A stretch of DNA of 35,556 bases, from positions 1-35,556 of IMG/VR virus record IMGVR_UViG_3300025676_000048; one strand, written 5' to 3'. Positions 26,409-35,158 of the stretch are shown here, piece after piece. This DNA comes from a virus (lineage: Duplodnaviria > Caudoviricetes). How positions within the stretch are numbered: position 1 is the first letter of the stretch; each line of letters starts with the position of its first letter. A program made the translations under genes and the position numbers. The notes beneath the pieces were generated by a model that did no database searches, had not been told where the DNA came from, and saw nothing but the letters and a program-made list of their open reading frames with translations.

Positions 26409-26630
26409 ATGAGTAAACAATTAGCAGACTTCGCCATGAGGACAGAATCAGAAAAAAGAAAGATGACGTTAGCTTATGAGGTCTTGATGAAAGAAATCAA
26501 AGACGTTGATCGTGAACCTATAGTGGATATAGCAATAAAAATGGTTGAGGTCATTGAGATCAGATTACTGATGGTTGAAATGAAATTGGCTGATGCTGAA
26601 CTAGCAATAGCAGAACTCAGAAAACTATAA
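26409..26630 (+). CDS. Hypothetical helical protein
   Basis: GAGG RBS, in operon context. Confidence 0.65.
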   Translation: MSKQLADFAMRTESEKRKMTLAYEVLMKEIKDVDREPIVDIAIKMVEVIEIRLLMVEMKLADAELAIAELRKL

Positions 26631-26641
26631 AAGGAGCAAAC

Positions 26642-26917
26642 ATGAATAAGCATGAACTTATCGAGGCTATTGCCAAATCATCAGGACTAAAAAAAGTAAG
26701 CGCTGAATCAGCGTTGAATGGTTTTATCACCGCAGTGACCGACTCTCTCAGTCGAGGTGAAAATGTCAATTTAATTGGATTTGGTGCTTTTACCGTAAAA
26801 CATCGTGCTGAGAGAAAAGGCCGTCATCCACAAACAGGCGTAGAGATTACAATTTCAGCAGCAAACATTCCTGGATTTAAATCTGGAAAACTGTTGAGAG
26901 AGAATATTGCCAAATAA
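26642..26917 (+). CDS. hup: HU-family DNA-binding protein
   Basis: MNK.ELI.AIA and L.GFG.F....R..R.GR.PQTG..I.I.A...P.FK.GK.L motifs. AAGGAG RBS. Confidence 0.96.
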   Translation: MNKHELIEAIAKSSGLKKVSAESALNGFITAVTDSLSRGENVNLIGFGAFTVKHRAERKGRHPQTGVEITISAANIPGFKSGKLLRENIAK

Positions 26918-27068
26918 GCGCGTAAATCTGTGAGTGGCGTGGGAGTCATGCCCAATAACCGCAGAGGATGCCGGTCCAGTAGCATCAAGAATGGGTGGTT
27001 TTCTGAAAGTCTTTCCATCCCTCTCCGTACTGGATGCGGCATCACTTAACAATAACAAGGAGAAAAAC

Positions 27069-27254
27069 ATGACAGTTTCATTAGTGATAGACCAAAATGA
27101 TTCATACGAAATGACACGGAGCAAACTTTATAAAGCGCTCGTTGATAGCAATTTCGACAAGTTTTTAGCTAGTGAAATGCTTTGTCTGAAGATTTATGAA
27201 ACTCAGAGGCTTATGTCTGAGTACCAAATCAAACGCCCCTACACCCTCGCATGA
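27069..27254 (+). CDS. Small protein with a degenerate Fis-type HTH
   Basis: AAGGAG lies upstream of the ATG at 27069. LYKALVDSNFDKFLASEMLCL...RLMSEYQI resembles the HTH_8 pattern. Confidence 0.5.
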   Translation: MTVSLVIDQNDSYEMTRSKLYKALVDSNFDKFLASEMLCLKIYETQRLMSEYQIKRPYTLA

Positions 27255-27808
27255 AAGTTTGTCGCAGATGCACGACTAAAAAGTCTATGGATAGCTTTTA
27301 TGTGAACCGGGCAAGGTCAGACGGTCGCAACTCAGTGTGCCGTGAGTGCCTTAACTCTGAACGCACAACTTTCATCACCTGCAAAAAGTGCAGTGTTGAA
27401 AAACCATCAACCCAGTTTTATCTGAGCGCCAGCCGTGACAGGCGTATGAGCGTGTGCAGTGAATGCTATGGTCCAGCACCAACTCGGAAGTATGGTGAAA
27501 AAATATACGAGCATAAATGCACTACGCCTGTTGATCCAGTTGACTATAAGCGTATCAGGTCGCATCTTGCATCCACCATGAACCAACTGCCATCTGACAA
27601 TCGGAAATTGGTTGAACTGTGGAATGACCACACAGATTTCATTTTGCCGCGCAACAGAGATCAGGGGATGCCTCTGAAGGTGATTGGTGAGATTCAAATA
27701 AAGAAACAACCACAATATGTTTCAGCCGCAGACCCAAGAACTCAGGAACTGCAAAAATTAAGCGACTACTTTAGCCATCGTGGACCTGATTATTCAAGAA
27801 GAGAGTAA
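27251..27808 (+). CDS. Protein with two tandem CxxC...FY...CxxC zinc-binding repeats
   Basis: CRRC..FY..CREC and CKKC..FY..CSEC. Confidence 0.7.
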   Translation: MKVCRRCTTKKSMDSFYVNRARSDGRNSVCRECLNSERTTFITCKKCSVEKPSTQFYLSASRDRRMSVCSECYGPAPTRKYGEKIYEHKCTTPVDPVDYKRIRSHLASTMNQLPSDNRKLVELWNDHTDFILPRNRDQGMPLKVIGEIQIKKQPQYVSAADPRTQELQKLSDYFSHRGPDYSRRE

Positions 27809-28002
27809 TGACATGGCCTTGGCATGGAGCATTGCAACACCAATGCTTAATCAAGGATTCCCCAGTGGGCGGTGGGAGTGAATAGGAAAACACCCACAGC
27901 CGGAGGCGCTAGACCCTCTCCGATGATCTGCGTATTTGGAAAAGTGGAGCAGATTATTTTCGGGGTCAGTGTTGATCCGGCAATTTATTTCAGGAGCAAA
28001 AG

Positions 28003-28296
28003 ATGCAGGACATAATCCAAAGTGACACAACAATTTACCATGAACCTCCAAAGCCACGCCTTAAATCCTCAATGGACAGAAAGATAGATTGGGCAATGCT
28101 CATCATAAAATTGAAGTCTCAAAGCGGTCTACGAAATCGAGATATAGCCAAGGACATTGGCATGAGTGAAGTAAAAATGACAAAAATAATCAGCGAGGCC
28201 AGTGACTTTCAGGTGGCAGACCAAGCAATAGCGTTATTAGATGCTTATTTGATCTATTGCGATGAAACACCACCAAAAATTGGCGATTCCGAGTAA
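28003..28296 (+). CDS. HTH DNA-binding protein
   Basis: IDW..LI..L....GL...DIAKDIGMS. AGGAG RBS. Confidence 0.7.
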   Translation: MQDIIQSDTTIYHEPPKPRLKSSMDRKIDWAMLIIKLKSQSGLRNRDIAKDIGMSEVKMTKIISEASDFQVADQAIALLDAYLIYCDETPPKIGDSE

Positions 28297-28300
28297 AACA

Positions 28301-28561
28301 ATGAACCTCGTTACCATCAAAAGATTTGCGGATTTGTCTGGATACAGCCAAGATGCTGTACGATCCAAGATAACCAGAGGCGAATGGGGCGATGGTATAA
28401 CAGTCACAGCGCCCGATGGTAGGGTATTAATCAGCGTATTGGGGTATGAAGCATGGGCGGAGTCAGAGCAGCATCCAAAACAACAATCGAGATCACATTC
28501 CAACTTGAATGCAAGCGCCACCGGGAACGACTTCAACTTATCCCCACCGCCGCTAATTTAA
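28301..28561 (+). CDS. xis: Excisionase-like wHTH protein
   Basis: VTIKRFA.LSGYS.DAVR.KI.RG.W......APDGR.LI...GYE.W. Overlaps int. Confidence 0.88.
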   Translation: MNLVTIKRFADLSGYSQDAVRSKITRGEWGDGITVTAPDGRVLISVLGYEAWAESEQHPKQQSRSHSNLNASATGNDFNLSPPPLI

Positions 28562-29568
28562 AGAAAGCGCAGCGCCACCGTGATGCCATCGTTGAGGCTA
28601 TTGATGCCGGTGTATTCGACTATGCCACCACTTTCCCGGACAGCAAACACGCCTTAAAGCCAGTAACACTAACACTTGAACGTTATCTGGCCGAATGGTT
28701 ATCGGCCAAACGGCCAACTCTCAAAGCATCCACGATTGCTGGATATGACAAGATCATTGGGCAGATTATCGCTCAGTTCGGCAACGTACAGTTACACCAA
28801 TTAACGCGCAGAATGGTCCGAGAATGGGTAGCTGGCATGGAATGTTCCACCAAGCGCATCTCAAACATATTATCCCCACTGCGGTCAGCATTACAGGATG
28901 CGGTTTATGATGATCTGATTAAGGTGAACCCTCTCTATGGCTGGAACTACAAGAAAAATGAGCCGCCCAGGGAGAAAAGAATCGACCCACTGACCAAAGA
29001 CGAACAAAGGGTACTGCTCGATATAGCCTCTGGTTCGGCCAATAACCTAGTAAAACTTGCCCTTTGGACCGGTTTAAGGACATCAGAGATAGTTGCCCTT
29101 ACCTGGGGGAATATCGACTGGAATAGGGGTGTTATTTCGGTCTGTATGGCTAAGACCCAAGATGCTAGACAGGCAGAAACACCTAAAACCCTATCAGGTA
29201 TCCGTGAAGTTAAACTATTACCCCCGGCAATCGATGCTTTACTACACCAAAAAAAGTACACGTTCTTAGCAGATGGCCCTGTATTCGTTAATCCACGCAC
29301 CAAACAGTGCTGGACCGGAGATCAGCCGATCAGACGCACATTATGGATTCCGTTACTCAAAAAGGCCGGTATTCGTTACCGATCACCGTACCAAACACGA
29401 CACACCTACGCATCAATGATGCTATCAGCCGGTGAACCGTTAGCCTGGGTATCGAAGCAGTTGGGTCATTCGGATGTGTTGGTCACAGCTAGAACCTATG
29501 CGACCTGGATACCTGATGCACGACCAGAGGCCGGTGAAGCTGCTGTGAAATTGTTTGGAAAAGGTTAG
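28453..29568 (+). CDS. int: Tyrosine integrase with an N-terminal arm-binding domain
   Basis: TGLRTSE, K, YQTRHTYAS, QLGH and Y catalytic pattern. N-terminal IEITF....R.RERL...PT.AN.K.A. Confidence 0.96.
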   Translation: MGGVRAASKTTIEITFQLECKRHRERLQLIPTAANLKKAQRHRDAIVEAIDAGVFDYATTFPDSKHALKPVTLTLERYLAEWLSAKRPTLKASTIAGYDKIIGQIIAQFGNVQLHQLTRRMVREWVAGMECSTKRISNILSPLRSALQDAVYDDLIKVNPLYGWNYKKNEPPREKRIDPLTKDEQRVLLDIASGSANNLVKLALWTGLRTSEIVALTWGNIDWNRGVISVCMAKTQDARQAETPKTLSGIREVKLLPPAIDALLHQKKYTFLADGPVFVNPRTKQCWTGDQPIRRTLWIPLLKKAGIRYRSPYQTRHTYASMMLSAGEPLAWVSKQLGHSDVLVTARTYATWIPDARPEAGEAAVKLFGKG

Positions 29569-29569
29569 A

Positions 29570-29745
29570 GAAAATGCTGGCAGAATTGCTGGCAAATCTT
29601 GACCAACTATGCCCAATCATGACCAACTTCGTGCCAGCATTTTCCCATGAACCCAGTGTTTCTGGTGGAGGCGGGGGGAATCGAACCCCCAGTTAGTTGT
29701 TGATTTATAAGGGTTTTTTCAAGATGATGGCATAATTGCTGCCAA
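29570..29745. other. attP with a tmRNA-type 3'-end core (29663-29690, minus strand) and arm repeats
   Basis: Core reads GGGGGTTCGATTCCCCCCGCCTCCACCA on the minus strand. A 19/22 direct repeat sits at 29574 and 29724, and a 13-bp inverted repeat at 29570/29632. Confidence 0.85.
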
Positions 29746-29776
29746 TATCAGTTTGATTCCGTCTTTGGGAACCGAA

Positions 29777-29878
29777 TCAGTGGTAGTACACCCCGAAAGC
29801 GTGTAGCACCTTAACGGCCATCGCTGATGCCACCGCTGCCAACAATACAAACAGAACCATCTCACGAATGATTTTCAT
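29777..29878 (-). CDS. 33-aa single-TM microprotein in the lysis cassette
   Basis: MKIIREMVLFVLLAAVASAMAVKVLHAFGVYYH, overlapping the end of the endolysin gene. Confidence 0.5.
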   Translation of the reverse strand: MKIIREMVLFVLLAAVASAMAVKVLHAFGVYYH

Positions 29879-30227
29879 GCCATCTCGCCTTTGGGCCGCT
29901 ACGCACATCAATGTGGACCCAACCCGAATATAGACCGATGCCAAACAGGTCAGGATAACGCTCATTTAACCAGTGATATATTTCAGCCGGTGTGTGGCTC
30001 CTAACGATGATGTCGGCTGCCTTAGAAATAACATGATAGCTTTTTAAAGCGCCACCAGAGGCTTTATTTCGTTTTGTGCATCGGTTGCCTGATGACACGA
30101 TTATCGGCCCTGTGTGCTGTCTCAGAGCCTCTAAGACACGAATTAGTTGGTAGTCAACGCTATCCTGTCCACACCCACACTGACAAGCAAATTCTTCACG
30201 ACTAAAATGCTCTGATAGCTTAGTCAT
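29862..30227 (-). CDS. Peptidase M15 endolysin
   Basis: HF...EFAC.CGC, SSG.RC..RN...GG...S.H....AADI and WVHIDVR motifs. Confidence 0.92.
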   Translation of the reverse strand: MTKLSEHFSREEFACQCGCGQDSVDYQLIRVLEALRQHTGPIIVSSGNRCTKRNKASGGALKSYHVISKAADIIVRSHTPAEIYHWLNERYPDLFGIGLYSGWVHIDVRSGPKARWHENHS

Positions 30228-30450
30228 TGGAGCAAGTGACTACCACTTTATGTGGGTACACAGCATCATTGAACGCTGTCCTGATGCCTTTTCTCCCAAT
30301 AGTTCCACCGGGAATCTTGCAATATGAGGTCACTGCAAAAGATGCAGCCTTACTAGCTGTAGCAGCGCACCCGGTTAATAACGGCACAACCATCATAAAA
30401 ACCATAGCGAAAATAAAGTATCGTGGAAATGTAATGCTATCTTTTCTCAT
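30220..30450 (-). CDS. Small lipoprotein
   Basis: Hydrophobic signal and LLTG-C lipobox, with two further Cys. Confidence 0.7.
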   Translation of the reverse strand: MRKDSITFPRYFIFAMVFMMVVPLLTGCAATASKAASFAVTSYCKIPGGTIGRKGIRTAFNDAVYPHKVVVTCSND

Positions 30451-30808
30451 AGTGACCGGCTCCAAATAATCGTAAAGTGTAATAGATAACCAACCCCTGA
30501 GTTTTCCGCATACCTAATCCCAACATCGACTCTAAAAGCACAGAATCGGCTTGCTTTCGTGTAAATCCCAGATGGGCAGACTCAGCACTATATAAATAAT
30601 CGTGGATAACACTCCCCGGTCTGATAGTCCAGTGGTCTGACGAACAATAAAAGGCCAAAATCGGAGGGATAGACGCAAAATTCGTCTTAAAATTTTTGGG
30701 TACGATGATAATATCCCCCAAATTCGTAATATAACTAAACCGTGAGGTGAGGATGTAAAAATCTTCCCCTTGCACAGCTTCAATCTTCAATTTATTCTTG
30801 AACATCAA
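30437..30808 (-). CDS. DUF1353 family protein
   Basis: VP..F.T.FASIP, HDYLY, RKQAD....E.M and RLFG motifs. Confidence 0.9.
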   Translation of the reverse strand: MMFKNKLKIEAVQGEDFYILTSRFSYITNLGDIIIVPKNFKTNFASIPPILAFYCSSDHWTIRPGSVIHDYLYSAESAHLGFTRKQADSVLLESMLGLGMRKTQGLVIYYTLRLFGAGHYEKR

Positions 30809-31023
30809 ACTCCTCCGCTTAATTTGATTGCCTCTAAGATGCCAAACTCCGACACGAGAGCGTATGCGATAGCGCCAACAACCATGTTGCGCACCTGATT
30901 AATTGTTTTTTCGATGTTCAGCAACCGATCATTTGTATCCCTTACTTGCGAGAACAATTTACCAATTTGCTCTGCGTGAAGCAGCAATTCTCGCGCGTGA
31001 GTGTCGCACTGCTCTTTGTCCAT
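30805..31023 (-). CDS. Coiled-coil protein with a C-terminal hydrophobic segment (XhlA/holin-like candidate)
   Basis: Heptads followed by MVVGAIAYALVSEFGIL. Lysis region. Confidence 0.55.
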   Translation of the reverse strand: MDKEQCDTHARELLLHAEQIGKLFSQVRDTNDRLLNIEKTINQVRNMVVGAIAYALVSEFGILEAIKLSGGV

Positions 31024-31307
31024 TATTTCCCCCTAATCAACTCGTCTAATTGTCGTTGATATCTGTCGATTTTTGCCTTGTCCAAGTTGCTTGGATTATC
31101 CAATAGTTGGAGTTCAAAGATTTTATCTTCAAGGTCGTTCTTCCTGATGTTGCTAAACTCTTTTTTTGTTTGCGTCTGCGCTTGATCGAAAGTCTCTGCT
31201 GACACATATCTAGCATCTGCCCAGAGCAACGCACCTATCGACATCGTTATAATTGAAATTCCGGCACTCATTATTATCCCTAACGTTGTTGTTGTTTTAT
31301 CCATCAA
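31023..31307 (-). CDS. Protein with an N-terminal TM and a coiled coil
   Basis: LGIIMSAGISIITMSIGALLWAD.RY followed by a charged helix. Confidence 0.6.
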   Translation of the reverse strand: MMDKTTTTLGIIMSAGISIITMSIGALLWADARYVSAETFDQAQTQTKKEFSNIRKNDLEDKIFELQLLDNPSNLDKAKIDRYQRQLDELIRGK

Positions 31308-31614
31308 CTATCCACGCTTGCGTTTCTTCGTTCCACATATACATCTGGTCATCGTCCGGCATTGGGGTTGGTGCATCCCATCGGCAAGTATCTTCGTTCA
31401 GTACCCATGACGGATATTGCTTCGGTGGAATAAAAGCGTCACGAACTTTGTCGTATGAGTATCCGATTCCTGCGTAGTTCTTGCGGAAGTTTCCGTTGTA
31501 GGATGTTTGTACCCAGAGAAATGAATCTCCAACGTAACCGGAGTTTATAAAATCTTGTTCAGCTACTATGACCTGAGTGACTACGTTGTTTTCTAACTTT
31601 GCGAAATGGCTCAT
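31297..31614 (-). CDS. Conserved companion of glycine-rich fibre proteins
   Basis: M.HFAK....VV.QVIV, W.QTSYN..FRKNYAGIG..YD..RDAFI.P..YPSW.L.E.TC.W.AP motifs. ATGA-coupled. Confidence 0.8.
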   Translation of the reverse strand: MSHFAKLENNVVTQVIVAEQDFINSGYVGDSFLWVQTSYNGNFRKNYAGIGYSYDKVRDAFIPPKQYPSWVLNEDTCRWDAPTPMPDDDQMYMWNEETQAWIVDG

Positions 31615-33731
31615 ATTGCGTACCTCACTACTACTATGCCGGAGCCACCTGCCTCATTGGAGGAGCTTACTCCTGCATTACCGCCGCCACCCCCACCACC
31701 ACCGCTATTAACCGCACCAGCAGTACTCTCAGCACCAACGCCAGTGTTGTACCCATAACCACCTCCGCCAGTACCCGGAACTCCACGAGTAGGATCGCCC
31801 CCACCACCTCCGCCACCGCCGTAATAAACTGATGTTCCATTGATGAAACTGCACTGGAGTCCAGAACCACCAGCAGCACCGTTAGCAGCAGTGCCTGCTC
31901 CACCACCTCCACCAGACTGCTTAGCACCAGACCAACTGGTACTGGGCGGATTGGCTCCATTGTTTCCATGATAATTAGTGCCGCCTGAGATAGCTGATCC
32001 CCCTACAGCACCGGGATTGATACCGCCGCCGCCGCCTGAACCTCCATCGAGTCCATGATCTTTAGAATCAATAAATCCTGCTCCACCTGCTCCGCCACCG
32101 ATAGCGGTTGCGACTGATGAAAGTGCTGATGCAGAGCCATTATATCCAGTCTCCCGCACGTCGGGAGGAGATGCCCCTCCTGCACCGACAGTTACACTCA
32201 ATGTTCCGACATCGAAACTCTCAGTGACTCCGCTTTTATATACTTGTCCTGCGCCACCACCTCCGCCGCCAGCATTATGCCCTGCGCCACCTCCTCCGCC
32301 GCCGCCTACAACCAGCACCTCCGCCACCCCACCATAAGTTACTACGAGATTGCCAGAACTCGTAAAAGTATGAGACCGGTAGTCAATACCGTCCTGCGTG
32401 TATTGGGTTTCTGTCCCACCACTCATTACTGCCGTATGGCTAACCGAACCCTCTCCATAACCAACATTAGCCCACCTATTCAGACCAGTAGTTGCATCTG
32501 TACAAATAAACGCTTCACCAGATGTGGAGTTAATCCAGAAGTGTCCTACTGCAAGGTTTGATGTAATAAGTGGGTCAGTTGTTGCTGTTGTAGAGTCGGT
32601 TAATTCTGCGAGTGTTGTTGCTCCACCACCTGTACCACCGGCACTAGCAGTCGGAGCTGTGATTCTAAATCGTGCTGTTGCATCTGCACCTGTGTTATTC
32701 GTGATCGTTGTCGTGAACTCGTCGGTGAACTGAACTCCCCAATCGTTGTATGTTTCTAGTTGCCAGTGTGTTGATGCTACTGAATAAGTTGCTTCGTATC
32801 GACTTGTGGGTGGTGTGAATGAAGCTGTATATTTTGCTACTCCTACAGACACGATTAAATCGTCCATATAGCCGTTGAATGGATAACTGTCACCAGCGTA
32901 ATACCCTCCCACTTTAGACGGGGTATTAGAAAAATCAGTGCTTGAAACCCATGTCGCGCCTTGCTGAGAGCCGTCGACAAACAGCATATGATTATTACCG
33001 GATTTCACAAAAGCAACGTGTTGCCACGTGTTTAGCACTGGGGCGGATGCGCCATTTATCACAAAACCTGTGGAATGTATTGCCCAATTGCCGGGATTAG
33101 TTGCTATAGCAAAACCATTGGGGTTACCATCCGAAGTCCTAGAATCCCAATAATGCGTGTAAGTCGGAACTGATGTGGTGTATGCCCAAAACTCTATCGT
33201 GAAATCATCAGTACCCGTTGCGATAGGCACTGACAGGCTCGATGATAATGGAAATGCAAGAGAGTCGTATCCAGTCCACTTTTGTTGAGCCGAACTCAGA
33301 ACCACTCCTGAATTTGTTATAGATATTAGCCCGACATTATCAGTGAGAGAACTTTGCACTACTAATTTAGTAGTGCTTGGCGTATAGGAATTTCCTGCAA
33401 CCTCAACAAACTTCTCAATATAAACCGAGCGTAGATCGCTTGCATCAGCGACATGGGTTAGTACAGTTGTTGCCCCGGTAGCTACCGTTAATGTCTCATC
33501 ATACTCATCTCTACTAGCATCGTGGTTATCCCATATAACGCCTGCTGTTAGGTTGGTTGTGCCGCCTGTGCCGCCACCTGATCCGACAACCTGAACAATC
33601 GAGTCATCGGTATGCTTAGTGAACAATTTCCCGTCACTAGTATTTACGGCTAATTCTCCGACATCTAAGTCAGACGAAGTCGGTTGCGCTCCGGCAGTTG
33701 AAGATTTCTTTGTTAGAATTCTGTTAGCCAT
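31611..33731 (-). CDS. Fibre / adhesin with an Mtd_N-like N-terminus, a LamG/ConA-like lectin domain and a C-terminal glycine-rich domain
   Basis: L.VGELAVN..DGKLF. DFTIEFW...WQHVAFV...FVDG...FNGYMDDL. HTFTSSG...VVGGGGGGG...GGSGIVVVRY. Confidence 0.9.
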   Translation of the reverse strand: MANRILTKKSSTAGAQPTSSDLDVGELAVNTSDGKLFTKHTDDSIVQVVGSGGGTGGTTNLTAGVIWDNHDASRDEYDETLTVATGATTVLTHVADASDLRSVYIEKFVEVAGNSYTPSTTKLVVQSSLTDNVGLISITNSGVVLSSAQQKWTGYDSLAFPLSSSLSVPIATGTDDFTIEFWAYTTSVPTYTHYWDSRTSDGNPNGFAIATNPGNWAIHSTGFVINGASAPVLNTWQHVAFVKSGNNHMLFVDGSQQGATWVSSTDFSNTPSKVGGYYAGDSYPFNGYMDDLIVSVGVAKYTASFTPPTSRYEATYSVASTHWQLETYNDWGVQFTDEFTTTITNNTGADATARFRITAPTASAGGTGGGATTLAELTDSTTATTDPLITSNLAVGHFWINSTSGEAFICTDATTGLNRWANVGYGEGSVSHTAVMSGGTETQYTQDGIDYRSHTFTSSGNLVVTYGGVAEVLVVGGGGGGGAGHNAGGGGGGAGQVYKSGVTESFDVGTLSVTVGAGGASPPDVRETGYNGSASALSSVATAIGGGAGGAGFIDSKDHGLDGGSGGGGGINPGAVGGSAISGGTNYHGNNGANPPSTSWSGAKQSGGGGGAGTAANGAAGGSGLQCSFINGTSVYYGGGGGGGGDPTRGVPGTGGGGYGYNTGVGAESTAGAVNSGGGGGGGGNAGVSSSNEAGGSGIVVVRYAI

Positions 33732-33739
33732 AATTTTTC

Positions 33740-34591
33740 CTAGAAAGTGCCGCCGTCAAGAACCGCATCAGCATCCATTTTGAGTCCAATAGCGTTGGTG
33801 ATTGTTGTCGCAAAGTTCTCGTCTGCGCCAAGAGCCGCAGATAACTCAGCCAATGTGTCCAACGCTGCCGGAGCAGAGTTAACCAGGGCATTGATCGCTA
33901 CAGTTGTCGCAGATGTGACGAATTGAGTCGTTGCCAGTTGCGTTGTGTTTGTACCTGCTGCCGCTGTCGGTGCTGTCGGTGTTCCAGTGAATGCCGGTGA
34001 GTCTGTTCCTGCTCCACCACCCCCAGAAACAGCCGCAACTGCTGTGGTCACAAAAGCAGTGCTGGCTATCTGTGTTGTGTTGGTTCCTGCCGATGCAGTC
34101 GCAACATTTGCGATGCCGGTGAAGGTCGGACTCGCAAGTTTTGCGTAAGTCGAATCAACCTGTGCTTTCGTATAGTACGCTGTGTTGTGGTCGTGACCGG
34201 TATCAGATTTCAGTGCAAGTGCCGCCGCATCTTCTATCTTGGTATTTGTAGTCGCTTGGTCGGCTTTCGCACCGACTGCTGTGTTGACTTCGGTCTTTGT
34301 GTACGTTGTAGACTGATTTGCTTTGGCATCAAGCAACGCATCTGTCGCTATTTTTGTGTAAGTGGTCGATTGATCGGCTTTCAACCCGACTGCATTATCC
34401 ACTTGCGTCTGGGTATACACATCAGCCACATTCGCTTTTAGCGCTTGATCGCCGCCGATGTTTTTGATGTTGCCACCAGACTCACCAATAAAAAGATTCT
34501 TTGAGTTCTCAGAGTATGCAAGTTCACCCTCTACCAGAGATGTGGGTGTCGCTACACTCAACGAGCGTTTGATTTTAATTACATTAGCCAT
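33740..34591 (-). CDS. Repeat-rich fibre shaft protein
   Basis: IKIKRS...P..L.EGELA N-terminus, 19-aa KA.Q.TTYTK repeats, two SP.FTG...AGTNTTQ.A.T.FV repeats, AP.ALDTL.EL..AL, and a C-terminal DGGTF. Confidence 0.88.
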   Translation of the reverse strand: MANVIKIKRSLSVATPTSLVEGELAYSENSKNLFIGESGGNIKNIGGDQALKANVADVYTQTQVDNAVGLKADQSTTYTKIATDALLDAKANQSTTYTKTEVNTAVGAKADQATTNTKIEDAAALALKSDTGHDHNTAYYTKAQVDSTYAKLASPTFTGIANVATASAGTNTTQIASTAFVTTAVAAVSGGGGAGTDSPAFTGTPTAPTAAAGTNTTQLATTQFVTSATTVAINALVNSAPAALDTLAELSAALGADENFATTITNAIGLKMDADAVLDGGTF

Positions 34592-34602
34592 AGTAGTTCC
34601 CT

Positions 34603-34845
34603 TTAGAAATATCCACCGTTGAGCGACAACTCAGTTGGTGTTTGATTGTGAATCGTGTCCGCATCAAGACCACTTCCAGAGCCATCGACCGTTTTCAGTT
34701 TCGTGAGAATTTCACTCGCTGTTTCAGCCGTTGCCATGTTCGCGTTCTTGATTCGTTTGTTGATGCCATTGTCATTAATGACAAACTCCATCTCGTCTTT
34801 GGGGGTAGTCAGTTCCGGTAACCCGGAGATTGCTGAATCAGCCAT
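34603..34845 (-). CDS. Small fibre adaptor protein
   Basis: MADSAISGLP N-terminus, EILTKLKTVDG.GSGLDAD and a C-terminal LNGGYF. Confidence 0.8.
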   Translation of the reverse strand: MADSAISGLPELTTPKDEMEFVINDNGINKRIKNANMATAETASEILTKLKTVDGSGSGLDADTIHNQTPTELSLNGGYF

Positions 34846-35158
34846 TCAGACCTCGCTTTTCAGCCTTAAGCTGAAACTCCCATGCCGCATCAATGCCGGA
34901 CGAGTTAACTGTTATTTGTGCAACGTAAACGGTATTGTGTCGCAACTGCAAATCGCTCTGCAAACTGAACGCATAGTCACCATCGCTAGTCGCAACATAA
35001 TTCATAGCGACCGGAAACGATTGACCTGCAACTGCATTGCCAGATGTGTCATTCAGCGACAGCATCACAGTCGCGTCATTGACAACGACATTCGTTGCGG
35101 CATTCGTTAGCCCAGAAATCGACACGATATTGTCATTGCCGATGTACAAAGTTTTCAT
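34838..35158 (-). CDS. Small beta-sandwich virion protein
   Basis: Alternating beta pattern (M.YV..SDG.Y). GGAGG RBS. Coupled to neighbours. Confidence 0.7.
   Translation of the reverse strand: MKTLYIGNDNIVSISGLTNAATNVVVNDATVMLSLNDTSGNAVAGQSFPVAMNYVATSDGDYAFSLQSDLQLRHNTVYVAQITVNSSGIDAAWEFQLKAEKRGLNG

Noticed and set aside
27251-27808. HNH homing endonuclease
   Set aside because: CxxC repeats are present but no HNH or endonuclease VII catalytic motif was recognisable.
29663-29690. Full tRNA or tmRNA gene
   Set aside because: Only the T-arm and 3' acceptor strand are present, and no matching 5' half is visible. This is an att core.
31611-34591. Diversity-generating retroelement suggested by Mtd_N-like N-termini
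   Set aside because: No reverse transcriptase ORF, and no template/variable repeat pair with adenine-specific mismatches was seen.
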